Assembly: GCA_964016885.1 (NCBI GenBank) | Contig: OZ024740.1 | Location: 203,918,001 to 203,982,000 of the forward strand | Length of the DNA stretch: 64,000 nucleotides | Direction: 5' to 3' | Source of the DNA: Eledone cirrhosa | Taxonomy: Eukaryota | Shown: positions 25,731 through 39,022 of the stretch, one piece after another | How positions within the stretch are numbered: the first letter of the stretch is position 1 | Layout of the letters: each line of letters begins with the position of its first letter | Program-made: the position numbers and the translations under genes | Notes under the pieces: model-generated | Told to the model about the DNA's origin: nothing | Databases searched by the model: none | Seen by the model: only the letters and a program-made list of their open reading frames with translations

Positions 25731-26626
25731 GTCAGGTCGCTCTCGAGTGATACTGGTAACATGTAACCCAGTACAACCTGTCTCATGGTCGGGTCGTTGG
25801 CGACTAAACTGGCAATCCCACTAAGCTGGCTTGATGAGGAGGGTGATATTTGGATACCCTGCGGGATGAAATACAAGACCCGGCAGAAGGCGGAGGAATT
25901 CTGCAGAGTCAACGGCCATCGAAATAGTATTATTATTATTTTTTTTTTACCTGGGAGGGAAAGGCCTCCAGTTATTGTTACAACACCTTTCTAGGAGACG
26001 GAAACTCTGAAAAAAACCTGCGACTTCGGAAGTATCCGATGATGTTGACCAGTTCTCCTTTTCGGGTAGTGTTTTCGATGCTCAGAGAGCGGGATTGTTC
26101 GAGTGCAAGACTTTTCCCCACTTAAAAAAACTTCAAAGCACAGGCATTGCTTGTTCAGGATATGTTACAGGTTCGTGTGGCGGGCCGTAGCCTAAAAGTG
26201 CACCAAACTCTATAATCTGACAAGCGATTGCAATACTCTTAGCAGAGTTTGCAGCCATCATCTCAAAGGTCGTAGGAACTCAGGAAAGTCAACGGGCATC
26301 CAATAAAGATTTTTTTTTTGCGGAATGAGAGACATCTCTCTAGGAGAAGGTCACTCTGGTATAAAACCTGCATCTAATGATATAGACCAGTACATTTGGG
26401 GTAAATGCCTTCGATGTTCATAGAATGGGATTGGCCCCGTGGAAAGCCTTTCCTCACTTAAAAAAGCTTCAAGCACAGGCATCGCTTGATATGTGGCATT
26501 CTTTGCCATGCATGGTATTGCTGGCCATAGGCAAGCCCCTAGCAGGATTAAAAGCCACGACCGTGATGCTCATGCTTAAGTATTAAGCGATGGCATTAAT
26601 CGAAATCCAGTTGCAACCATCATTCT
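25731..26626 (+). mobile_element. Long variant of the non-autonomous RTE-like element, flanked by (TATG)n
   Basis: Starts GTCAGGTC..CTGGTAACATGTA.CCCAGTA.AACCTGTCTCATGGTCGGGTCGTTGGCGACTAAACTGGCAA as at 27315; internal direct duplication with ~350-bp offset (CTAGGAGA...CACTTAAAAAA.CTTCAA.GCACAGGCAT). Confidence 0.7.
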
Positions 26627-26706
26627 GTATGTATGTATGTATGTATGTATGTATGTATGTATGTATGTATGTATGTATGTATGTATGTATGTATGTATAT
26701 ATTTAT

Positions 26707-27290
26707 GTACTGCACAAAGCCAGTTCCACTCTCTTAACCAAGATGATATTTCCCAAAAAGAAGAACAAGTCAACATCATTGGATACCATCAGGGTTGCAG
26801 GTGTTATATCAGAGTTTTCCTTCTCCTAGAATTCTGCCTTGATAAAGGCTAAGGGGTTATCTCTCCCGGTGATTTTAGATGGCCATTGACTCTTAAGAGC
26901 TCCTTTGCCCTTTGACAGGTTTTGTTTTTAGTCCTGCAGGATGCCTAAAGTCACCCTCCTCACCAAGAAACCTTGGTGGGGTTGCCAGTTTAGTCGCCAA
27001 CGACCCGACCATGAGACAGGTTGTACTGGGATACATGTTACCAGTAGCACCAACTATAAAAGCTTCACGGCACAGAAATTGCTATATATCTGTATATCTC
27101 TGCACTTGTCATCACATGGTACCATGGGCCCAGCACTATGTGTCAATAATTGTCACAAGTGTAGTGTTTGTACCAGAGTTTTCAAGTCGCTGGCTGGACT
27201 AAAAAGTCACACTCGTTCAGCGCATCGGTAGGGGTTCTCCTACATAGATATAAAGTAGTGGCCGTACTCGAAAACGAATTGGCAGCCACC
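26707..27290 (+). mobile_element. 5'-inverted copy of the ~600-bp RTE-like element
   Basis: 26707-27053 is the reverse complement of ~27325-27672; 27054-27290 is collinear with ~27684-27920. Confidence 0.85.
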
Positions 27291-27314
27291 ATGTATGTAT
27301 GTATGTATGTTATG

Positions 27315-27990
27315 TCAGGTCACCAGTTGGTGCTACTGGTAACATGTATCCCAGTATAACCTGTCTCATGGTCGGGTCGTTGGCGACTAAACTGGCAACC
27401 CCACCAAGGTTTCTTGGTGAGGAGGGTGACTTTGGACATCCTGCAGGACTAAAAACAAAACCTGTCAAAGGCAAAGGAGCTCTTAAAAGTCAATGGCCAT
27501 CCAAAATCACTGGGAGAGATGACCCCTTAGCCTTTGTCAAGGCAGAATTCTAGGAGAAGGAAAACTCTGATATAACACCTGCAACCCTGATGGTATCCAA
27601 TGATGTTGACTTGTTCTTCTTTTTGGTAAATATCATCTTGGTTAAGAGAGTGGGACTGGCTTTGTGCAATGCCTTTGCTCACTATAAAAGCTTCACGGCA
27701 CGGGTATTGCTTTATATCTGGAGATCTCTCTGCACTTGTCGTCACATGGTACCATGGGCCCGGCACTGTGTCAATCATTGTCACAGGTGTAGTGTTTGTA
27801 CCAGAGTTTTCAAGTCGCTGGCTGGACTAAAAAGTTACACTTGTTCAGCGCATCGGTAGGGTTCTCCTACATGGATATAAAGTAGTGGCCGTACTCGAAA
27901 ACGAGTTGGCAGCCACCATGTATGTATGTATGTATGTATGTATGTATGTATGTATGTATGTATGTATGTATGTATGTATGTATGTATGTA
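27315..27990 (+). mobile_element. ~600-bp non-autonomous RTE-like retroposon with (TATG)n tail
   Basis: 3' end encodes a C2H2-like terminus ([16 protein letters not shown]) typical of RTE ORF ends; no RT; microsatellite tail. Confidence 0.8.
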
Positions 27991-28441
27991 TCTATCTAAA
28001 TGTGTATTGTTTCTCTGTGTGTCTGGGTGTGTATTATGTGTGTGTTTTGAGTGTGTGTGTGCGTATGTGCAGCCATAATTATCTTGTGTGTATGTATGTA
28101 TGCACGCATGTAAATGTGTATGTTTCTGTGTGTATGTGTTTGTGTATGTGTGTTCTGTTCATGTCAATATTGTGCAAAATTAAGAACATCTAATCTCACA
28201 TAAGAAACCTTTTCTCTTAAAATATTCTCCCAAATCTACTTTGTAACTTTTATTGACCTGGTATTCTAGAACATGTCAATAGCCATGAAACTAAGGCAGA
28301 TATATGTAAACATATAGGACCATCTGTTCCATACATACTTCAATTGTATTTTCAGTCTTCAACCGGTAACATTTTGTAAACTGTGTACCAATATGTGTAT
28401 ATATCTACTTAAACAGAATACCCCATCCCATATATATACAT

Positions 28442-28478
<37 letters not shown>

Positions 28479-28634
28479 GATATATATGTATATATATATA
28501 CATACCTATATACATATATATACATATATATATATATACATATACACACACGTATATATACATATACACACACATATATATACATACACACACACACATG
28601 TATACATACACACATATATATATGTGTGTGTACA

Positions 28635-28666
<32 letters not shown>

Positions 28667-28671
28667 CATAC

Positions 28672-28702
<31 letters not shown>

Positions 28703-28747
28703 CATATACATATATATATATACATATACATATACATATATATATAC

Positions 28748-28784
<37 letters not shown>

Positions 28785-28796
28785 CATATATATATA

Positions 28797-29398
28797 TGGT
28801 GGCTGCCAACTCGTTTTCGAGTACGGCCACTACTTTATATCCATGTAGGAGAACCCCTACCGATGCGCTAAACAAGTGTGACTTTTAGTCCAGCCAGCGA
28901 CTTGAAAACTCTGGTACAAACACTACACCTGTGACAATTATTGACACATAGTGTTGGGCCCTTGGTACCATGTGACGACAAGTGTAGAGAGATCTCCAGA
29001 TATAAAGCAATGCCTGTGCCGTGAAGCTTTTATAGTGAGCAAAGGCACTGCACAAAGCCAGTCCTACTCTCTTAACCCAAGATGATATTTACCAAAAAGA
29101 AGAATAAGTCAACATCATTGGATACCATCAGGGTTGCAGGTGTTATATCAGAGTTTTCCTTCTCCTAGAATTCTGCCTTGACAAAGGCTAAGGGGTCATC
29201 TCTCCCGGTGATTTTGGATGGCCATTGACTCTTAAGAGCTCCTTTGCCAGGTTTTGTTTTTAGTCCTGCAGGATGTCCAAAGTCACCCTCCTCACCAAGA
29301 AACCTTGGTGGGGTTGCCAGTTTAGTCGCCAACGACCCGACCATGGGACAGGTTATACTGGGATACATATTACCAGTAGCACCAACTGGTGATCTGAC
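28797..29398 (-). mobile_element. Another full copy of the ~600-bp RTE-like element
   Basis: Reverse complement highly similar to 27315-27920. Confidence 0.88.
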
Positions 29399-29424
29399 AT
29401 ACATATATACATATATATATATAC

Positions 29425-29504
<80 letters not shown>

Positions 29505-29506
29505 AC

Positions 29507-29621
<115 letters not shown>

Positions 29622-29678
29622 CATATATATATGTACATATACAATATATAAATGGAAACTATATTTATAAAACCATAA

Positions 29679-30338
29679 CCCTACAGTGGTGCCTGGCTCC
29701 AGCACGCAGCTAGTCAACCATAGCCTGCGAATCGGCGTTTCCCTGAGGCTCGGCCTCCGGATCTGCCAGCCACACTAATGTCGCTGCGGTTCCACCGTGG
29801 ACTCTTTCGGCATCCACCCGCTTTCCTGTCGCCACAATGCCGACCGCATTCCACGCCATACTGCCCTCAACGGGGCTTGGACTCTGCAGGCTTCCCTTCC
29901 CAGCTCGAGCCGGTGGGGCTGGATCGAGGGGACGGTAAAAGGTCAGATGGCATGACCACATTCACGTTCTGCGGTGGCAAACCCCTCGTCTGGGATGCCA
30001 CTTGCACCGACACTTTCTGCAGCCGCAACCTGATGCAGTCTGCGACTGACCCAGGTTCTGCTGCACGTCGGGCTGAGGGGGCCAAACTCCTCAAATACCG
30101 GTCGCTCTCCGACAGGTTTGCGGTCGTTCCCCTGGCAGTGGAAACTTCTGGTGCCCTCGGCCCCAGGGCTACCTCCTTACTCACCACCATAGGCGCTGAG
30201 CTGCCCAGCCGCAGGTGTGAGTCCCGCGAGTTGGAGTGGCTTTTCCAGCGTGTCTCCCTTGCCGTCCTCCGGGGAAACGCCTTCTCCATTCTGTCCGCCG
30301 GGGCTGTGGGTGGGCCCCATCGCATACCAATACATTAG
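29679..30338 (+). pseudogene. CRE-clade-like non-LTR retrotransposon 3' fragment (restriction-like endonuclease domain)
   Basis: LEP.GL.R.DGKRSDG...LVWDATC.DT...KLLKY...PLAVETSG.LGP...QRVSLAVLRGNA motifs. Confidence 0.8.
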
Positions 30339-30537
30339 TTAAATACCATTCTTTCATCGTTACAACTTATATCCACATTAATGATGACAAATTATAAAGC
30401 GTTTTTCGTTCCACATTATGCACGTTTTTTTTTTTCCTTTTTTTTTTTCTTTTCACTTCTTAAACCTTGTTTGTATATAACATTATTCTTTCTGCACCTT
30501 CTTTTTAACATGTGCGACACCACACTAATACATTTCA

Positions 30538-30579
30538 CTATCATTTGATAATGCATATAAATGCAGAAACCGGTAATAG
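30538..30579 (+). ncRNA. Hammerhead-like motif with U3-A8 core and weak stem I
   Basis: TTGATAA-TGCAT(ATAA)ATGCA-GAAA-CCGG-T-A-ATAG; perfect stem II and palindromic ACCGGT, but only 2 bp of direct stem I. Confidence 0.55.
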
Positions 30580-30752
30580 ACAATAATTAAATATATAAAT
30601 AGATAAATAAATGCCATTGTTAAATAAAAAATAAATCAACTAATACCTTAACACTTTATTTAATATATATATTTCAAGGGCAACCAAGGCTCCAACCGTT
30701 AAGGTTGTCTTTTTTACCGGGTATGTCAATATTTATTTATAAAACAAATCTG

Positions 30753-30817
30753 TATTTTATCTTATGAAAGCGCACCATAATTTGCCATGGTTGCCTTGAA
30801 ATATATATAATAAAATA
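30753..30817 (+). ncRNA. Hammerhead motif, probably inactivated (G5U); same family as 60801-60863
   Basis: TATTTTAT-CTTATGA-AAGCGCACCAT...ATGGTTGCCTT-GAAA-TATATA-T-A-ATAAAATA. Confidence 0.65.
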
Positions 30818-30964
30818 AATATGGTTTTATAAATATAGTTTCTATTTATTAATAAATTGTGTATTTACTCCACTAACTGTTGAGTGCTTTATATCAGTTA
30901 TAACAATTGTTAAGCTTGTTGAATCTCAACAAATTATATATAACCTCGCCATATATATACATAC

Positions 30965-30997
<33 letters not shown>

Positions 30998-31000
30998 CAC

Positions 31001-31033
<33 letters not shown>

Positions 31034-31037
31034 CACA

Positions 31038-31125
<88 letters not shown>

Positions 31126-31168
31126 CATATATATATATACATATATATATATACATATATATATATAC

Positions 31169-31215
<47 letters not shown>

Positions 31216-31436
31216 CATATATATAAGTATGTATACGTACATACATATATGTATATAGACGTACAGTAGTATGTATATATATATATATATACATACATGC
31301 ACACACATATATATATGTACGTATGGATTCACCGAACATTTATTATAATGCTCGGTGTGTTTGTAAACAAACCTCCCGTATTAAGCCGTAGTGTCTAGCA
31401 ACCATCGTTGCTCGTTTGTTCAACACTGACAAAGGA

Positions 31437-31479
31437 ACGCTGTACTAGTTTCAAGCTTATTAGCTATCGTCAGCAACGT
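31437..31479 (-). ncRNA. Minimal type I hammerhead ribozyme motif
   Basis: Minus strand ACGTTG-CTGACGA-TAGCT(AATA)AGCTT-GAAA-CTAG-T-A-CAGCGT; 6-bp stem I, GUA cleavage triplet, palindromic ACTAGT. Confidence 0.8.
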
Positions 31480-31604
31480 ATACCTTCCTGCCAGATGATT
31501 GAACGTCTGAACGTATATACTTTCCTTATGCATATTAACGGCTGAGTAGCCCAATTTGCATATCGAGTGGGTTAATCGGCCGGGTATATATATGTATATA
31601 TATG

Positions 31605-31653
<49 letters not shown>

Positions 31654-31680
31654 GTATGTATATATATATATATATGTATG

Positions 31681-31731
<51 letters not shown>

Positions 31732-32234
31732 ATATATATATGTATATGTATATATGTAAGTATATGTATATATGTATGTATGTCGTGTATATATATATAT
31801 ATGTGAGGGTATATATATATGTGTGTGTATATATATATGTGTGTGTGTATATATATATATATATATGTGTGTGTGTATATATATATATATGTGTGTGTGT
31901 ATATATATATATGTGTGTGTGTATACATATATATGTATATATATGTATATATATATATGTATATATATATACATATATATATATACATATATATACATAT
32001 ATACATATATATATACATATATACATATATATACATATATATATACATATATATACATATATACATATATATACATATATATATACATATATATACATAT
32101 ATATACATATATATACATATATATATACATATATATATATACATTTATATATATATATATATACATTTATATATATATATATATACATTTATATATATAT
32201 ATATTTATACATATATATATATACATATATATAC

Positions 32235-32311
<77 letters not shown>

Positions 32312-32368
32312 TATATATATATAGATATATATATATAGATATATATATATATATATAGATATATATAT

Positions 32369-32405
<37 letters not shown>

Positions 32406-32468
32406 TATATATATAGATATATATATATATATATATAGATATATATATAGATATATATATAGATATAT

Positions 32469-32549
<81 letters not shown>

Positions 32550-32632
32550 CATATATATATATACATATATATATATACATATATATATATACATATATAT
32601 ATACATATATATATATACATATATATATATAC

Positions 32633-32697
<65 letters not shown>

Positions 32698-32698
32698 C

Positions 32699-33221
<523 letters not shown>

Positions 33222-33639
33222 TATACATATATATATACATATATATATACATATATATACATATATATATACATATATATATATAAATATATATATATAA
33301 ATATATATATATATACACGTCTTTCAAAATATGTCAAATGCACATAATTCCTGTATGTACTGAAACCAAATACATATATATTCGTATTGAAAAATATGTC
33401 GAACACACATCATTCGTGCCATAAATGTTAAGACTGCAATTACATGCGAAATAGCTACCGTATCGTGGTTAAAAATCTTGTTCTCAAATCAATCATCTTA
33501 AATTATGAACTGTTTTAGAGTGTTTGCATTCGTGAAGTGTTCGACAACATCTTCAATGACATAAATTCTTGTCAAGTAATGTGGTTTGTATAATCGAGTG
33601 TATCTTTAACTTTGTCCTTATACTATTTTCTGCAAGTTT

Positions 33640-33915
33640 TGTATGTGTAAGACGTTTAAGTTATATATTTGTTTACACTTTCTTTTAAATTATTCTCAAG
33701 ATATCTGTTAGAGAGATTGTGTCTGTATTCACTCTTCACATTCTCTCTATCTCCAGATCTTTATATCTGAATACTTTCTTCATTACATTTGAAGATACAT
33801 TATCTCCTGTTGAGACATATACTTCACTTTAGAAGTATTTCCTTTCTTAGTGATATTTGACAACAGTAATTGATCGATTAGTCTTGATCTGGCTGTGTAT
33901 ATTGGCATATCCTAT
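33640..33915 (-). pseudogene. Highly decayed R4/Dong-type RLE endonuclease fragment
   Basis: Minus strand reads roughly DMPI.T..IKTNR..TVVK and RYKDLEIERM, matching the 41535 element's C-terminus. Confidence 0.6.
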
Positions 33916-34482
33916 AATATTGCTTTGTCATTCTCTTATACATTTCCTGTACCACCTCTTTTCTTAGAGATTATCACGGCGTGATTCAGAAGGCATATAT
34001 GAACCTCTATAGAATATGTCTATGTATAATAAACAAACATTTAGTCTCACCGCGATATTTTAAGGTGATCATGTCACACCAACGTCAGTATCGTAGTAAG
34101 AATAGTGTATTTCACAGTCGCTCACATACACCCAGATGCTGAGCTAAGAAATACGGTATTATCTTATATAAACAAACTATTTTTGTTGAAAGCTCATTTA
34201 CATATAGTGCAAGTTAATCGGCTTGTATCAATTAGCGATACCACTAACACCGCGTGATTCGGGATAAAGGTGTATATGAACCCATATACAATATGTTTAT
34301 ATCTAATAAACATACGAGGTTCGTCTAAAAAATAAGGGTACTGATTTTTTTTATTTAAATGATACCTGTGTGTATGTATATATGGCTATCTACCTATTTA
34401 TCATAAAATCACTTAACCTTTAACTCTACAAAATACTTCAGCAATGTTGGTATAGTCACTGCTTCCGTCTCTCTTGCTCCCC

Positions 34483-34712
34483 TCATCTCTTACTATTATA
34501 AGCAAATGGGGGCTCACGTGCTGGCCACCCCAGGGCCCTGGCGGGCAGAATAGAGAAGGCATTTCCCCGGAGGATAGTGGGGGAGACGTGTTGGAAGAGC
34601 AATTCCAGCTCGCGAGGCTCACACCTGTGGGTAGCCAACTCCGTACCGATGGTGGTGAATAGGGAGGTGGTCCTAGGGCCGAGGATACCAGAATTCTCCA
34701 CTGCTACGGGCA
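34483..34712 (-). pseudogene. Second CRE-like RLE 3' fragment
   Basis: ENSGILGPR..LFTTIG.EL..RCEPRELELLFQHVS..ILRGNAFSIL, homologous to the 29778 ORF. Confidence 0.8.
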
Positions 34713-34719
34713 GTATGGG

Positions 34720-35125
34720 TAGTGTAGGACGTCAGGCAATGTACTTTGCAGCATAAAGTTATGGCGCTTTACGTTCTGAGTTGTTAAAATCCCGCCGAGG
34801 TTAGTTTTGCCTTTCATCATTACGGGTTCGATAAAATAAAGTACCAGTAATGTACTGGAGTCGATTTAATCAAGTTTCCCCTTCCTTTTAAATTGAGCCT
34901 AAATCAGAAACCATTATTATTGAATTATAAGGGCGGTGGATTGGCAGTATCGGTAGAGGGTCGGACACCATGCTTTGACGTATAGAGTCACGGCCCTTTC
35001 CAATCTGAGTTCAAATCCCGCTGAGGTTAACTTTGCCTTTCATCCTTACGGGGTCGATAAAATAAAGTACCAGTAATACACTGAGTAATTGCTGGCCTTG
35101 TGCCAAAGGTAGAAACAATTATTAT
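34720..35125 (+). mobile_element. Two tandem Meta-type SINEs
   Basis: Full copy at 34931-35125 with A box TGGCAGTATCGG and B box GAGTTCAAATCC. Confidence 0.85.
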
Positions 35126-35663
35126 TGAATTATATACATGTAACCACGAAGGAATGAAAATAAGATTGATCACATTCAGGTTTAACTAATCCGTTTTTTA
35201 ATTCAATTGACATGTTGTCATATAGTAAAGCCAATTGTAATATCTTTGTTGTCTTTTTTAAACAGGATTTGGGATGATTCTGTTGCATCAAACATCAACA
35301 TTCTTATACTCGGCTGTTTTTAATATTTCACCGTATAAACATCCTCATCATTCTATATATGGTTTTTCTAGATAAATTTTTCTCTTCAATCAGATAATTT
35401 TTCAAAAATGTTTTATATTTTGAATTGATTGTTTCTACAATGTTCTATATTTCTGCTTGATTGAATGGCTTCTCAATGTTCTCGTTGTGCTGCTGTAATG
35501 TTGAAGTGATCGTTCAAATTTAACTGCAACTGTTATGTTTTTTTTAGCATGGGTCTATTTAGCATTCTTCTATGTTTCTTTTTTATTTCCTCTCTTTCAT
35601 CCTCTCTCCTTCTCAGGTAGAAATCGGTTGTGTTTAGACCTGGATAGGGATGGACTCCACCAG

Positions 35664-35792
35664 GTTTAAAATATCCAAGCGCGGTATGACACTACGGCGT
35701 TCTTACGACTCCATCAGGAGTTACGGGTCGATACATACATACCGTCGTAGGAGCGCCGTCATGATATACGACGTGTCTCGAGCATTTTAAAC
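35664..35792. repeat. Small foldback/MITE-like element
   Basis: GTTTAAAAT...ACGGCGTTCTTACGAC mirrored by GTCGTAGGAGCGCCGT...ATTTTAAAC. Confidence 0.55.
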
Positions 35793-35824
35793 ACATCCAT
35801 TTCTAGGAATGAGTGTGAACGAAG

Positions 35825-36150
35825 AATCGACCCCAGTACGGGATTGTTACTCTATTCATCGACCGTGAAAATATGAAAGGCAAAGTCGCCCTTGGTTGGA
35901 TTTGAACTCAGTGTTGACAGTCAGGAAAGGGTGTTTGGCTCACGATTTTAAATCATGCTTTCAACTCCCATGTGCACAAGTTAGTTGTAAAGGTCAGCTT
36001 TGTAACTCACTGTATCCATCAGAATCTCCCTGCGAATTATGTTAAAGGTACACATCTCTGTGGAATGTTCAGCCATTTGCACGTTAATTTCACAAAGCTT
36101 TTCCATTGTTCGAATAACTGGAACATTCATCGTCGAAACTAATGGGGATC
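35825..36150. mobile_element. Decayed Meta-type SINE (minus) adjoining a decayed CORE-type SINE (plus)
   Basis: ATGAAAGGCAAAGTCG..GGATTTGAACTC, then GTGGAATGTTCAGCCATTTGCACGTTAATTTCAC. Confidence 0.6.
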
Positions 36151-36789
36151 CATCGATTGATCGTTATGAGAATTAAATAAACACATTGAGAATCCTTTAA
36201 TTACTGCACGCCCTCCCCCCTCTCTCTCTCATTCGCTTTCACCCCTTCTACCTTTCTTTTTCTATTACTGTCGAATATTCTCGTTTCACACATCACCATG
36301 ATCTCGTACAGATACGTTACCTATTCACGTTTTTTTTTACTTATTTATTTATTTATTTATTTATTTATGTTCCGAAATAGTTTAATGACAACTAAATTAT
36401 GTTAGATTTGCTTTGATATTTAAACAGTTGGTGTAAGATTATTCCTAGAAATCTAGCTTCAATTGTTAAAGAATGTTAGGAAAATATTCTTGAAAGAAAT
36501 CGATATTGTTTGCGTCAAATTCACTCGTAAATTAATGTTCATTCAGTCAACCTTGCTTAATACCTTTTTCTTTGTGAAGAAATATATTTCTTACAAACAT
36601 TACAAACGATCTTTAAAACCAAAAATAAAATAGCAGAAAAATTTGTTTGTCGAACCAGAAACTAGTTATTCAATTTAACATTTATTTCATGTAAAACATG
36701 CGATGTTTGTTTAACATTCAGCTGCATTGATTAGTCTTGCCAATGATCTCTAAAGATGATTAAAAAAACTGTGATGCATTAAAGTAATA

Positions 36790-37260
36790 CTAACAGAAAA
36801 ACCACACTTCGGGTGGTTTTCTGCTAGCATGTGTAGTGTGTATATTGATATTATACGCAAGTATATATACATGTAGATCTGATACATAAAATAAAATCGT
36901 AATTGACAATATATAATACATAGAAATTGAACGAAGACTGTGTTACACTGTTTTATTTAATCAGTAACGTAATCCATGATACATTAAAAAAGACGATATT
37001 ATATATAAACTGCATTAGGAGAAAATTAGTATGTTTATTTAAGCGATGGCCAACCGGAAGTGTTGACATTTCAGAAATTTTAAAGAAATGAATCTTTAAA
37101 TAAACAAAATATATTTAATCAACAGCCACGAAATTTAGTAGATAAATTATATAATATTCATTCATTATTTATCCAAAGTAATCTAACTTATTTTACTAAT
37201 GGGATAAACAAATTATAAACCGTACGCAGTTCCGCGCTCCTTACTTTATTATAGTTTAGA
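36790..37260 (-). mobile_element. Putative non-autonomous Helitron
   Basis: Minus strand begins A^TCTAAACTATAATAAAG and ends with a hairpin (AACCAC..GTGGTT) plus TTAG^T; consistent with TC...CTRR ends in an AT target. Confidence 0.45.
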
Positions 37261-37289
37261 TTATTATTTATCATTTTGTCAAGGTTTTA

Positions 37290-38245
37290 AGGTGGTGGCA
37301 TATAATTACGGTTCTAAACGTTCTGAGTTCAAATCCCACCAAGGTTAGTTTTGCCTTTCATTCATCATCATCATCATCATCCGGCGGCCTCAGCCGAAAT
37401 CGACTCAACAATTGATCTCCACGTGGGTCTGTCGTTCATTGCCGTTGCCAAGTCCTGGATTTCGATACCAGAATCTCTGGAGATGACATCGAAATAAGAG
37501 AGCTTCCATCCCCTGTTATTAGTGGCTGCTTGTGGTTTCCAAAGCACTAATGGGGCCACAGCCTCATAGGTGGCACGATGGCAGTGGCCAGCAAATCTTA
37601 CTCTCCTTTTACGTACAACGACAGATATGCATGGGAGGCCGGCATATATCTCTCTCAAAGGCAGATGTTGCCAGCTTATGTTCTGAATGCGTTGAAGCAG
37701 GTGAGTGTAGGTGCCATCAAGGCGTTTTCATCCATACGAGGTCGATAAAATATAGTACCAGCAATGTTCTGGGGTCGATTTAATTTACTCACCAGCACAA
37801 TTTATTGGCCCTGTGCCTAAATCAGAAACCATTATTTTGTCAAGATTTGAAGGCGGTGGATTGGCAGAGCGTCGAACACCCTGCTTCGTGGCATAGAGTT
37901 ACGGCCCTTTACATCTGAGTTCGAATCCCGCCGAGGTTAGCTTTGCCTTTCATCCTTACGAGGTCGACAAAATAAAGTACCAGTAACGCACTGGGGTCGA
38001 TATAATCGACTTTCCCCTCCACAAAAGTGCTGGCTTTGTGCCTATAGTAGAAATCATTATTTTGTCAAGATTGGCAGAATTAGTAAAGCGTTGGATAACA
38101 TAACATTACGGTGTGTTCTAGCTCTTTACATTCTCTGTTCAAGTCCCTTCGAAGACAGCTTTGTTTTTCATCCTTCAGAGGTCGATAAAATAAAGTATCG
38201 CCGTCGACATAATCGACTTTCCTTTCGCCCACAAATCGTTGGCCT
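37290..38245 (+). mobile_element. Cluster of three Meta-type SINEs, the first split by an RTE fragment
   Basis: Recurrent TTTGCCTTTCATCC...GGTCGATAAAATAAAGTA. Confidence 0.8.
37362..37720 (-). mobile_element. RTE/RTEX-type LINE 3' fragment with (GAT)n tail
   Basis: RRVRFAGHCHR...LVLWKP...AMNDRPTWR; TTTCAT on both sides within the SINE. Confidence 0.75.
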
Positions 38246-38395
38246 TCTTCTTCTTCTTCTTGCGAGACACTCCTTCCAGGGGGTTCGGTCAGAAGCAACC
38301 AACTCTGGCTGGATCGCCAAGTGAGACCAGCCAAGAGCATGGATGTTATCCAACCATCTTGCTTGGGGTCTGAAGATGACGCGCCCGACTTACGT
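38245..38395 (-). mobile_element. RTE 3' tail fragment with (GAA)n
   Basis: W.DNIHALGWSHLAIQP.L.ASDR..W, similar to 51130-51270. Confidence 0.6.
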
Positions 38396-38609
38396 TATTC
38401 TTACTTAACAATCGTCTGACGACACTAAATGTACATAACGTTCGTCATTCAATAAATTGAAGTATGGAAAAATATAACTGTGTCTTCATATTTATTAACG
38501 CACACACACACATACGCGCGCGCGCACAAACACACGCATGCACACACACGCATACGCACACACGCGCACACACACACGGCAGCAAAAACAAGAACGATAA
38601 TAATAATTA

Positions 38610-39000
38610 GCGAGAAGTTTCTGGAAGTTATCTATAGTCCTTCGGCTTGAAAGTCCTTCAGAACAGATTGGTCAGTTCAATTTCATCGACGCCCAGCGCC
38701 TCTCGAAGATACAGTCGCACTAATCAAGAGTGTAATTTCCAGACCCCGTTTCCCGCCTGGTGGAGGGCAGTGAGCGCCTGGCAACATTCCAGATGCCAGG
38801 CGCCCAATATCGGTCTTTTCATGACCCAGGACTGCAGCTCAGTCAAAGTTCACCGTTTAAGAATACATGAAGATGCCGTAGCTCCAGTGCATGTTTGCAC
38901 ATCATTAGTCACGGCATGCTCAGCCTTCCGCATAGAGGGTGCTGTCAGCAGGTGGGCCGCCTCACCAATAGAACCTGCCCTATCCACAAAAAGCGGAAGA
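38610..39000 (-). pseudogene. Decayed Tx1-type ORF2 fragment
   Basis: Minus strand reads LREALGVDEIELTNLF*RTF, matching LREALGMEEDELASLFCRTF of the 19209 ORF. Confidence 0.6.
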
Positions 39001-39022
39001 GGAGAATAATAATAATAATAAT

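Noticed and set aside
34931-35020. tRNA gene suggested by A and B boxes
   Set aside because: No cloverleaf closes; the boxes are heads of multi-copy SINEs
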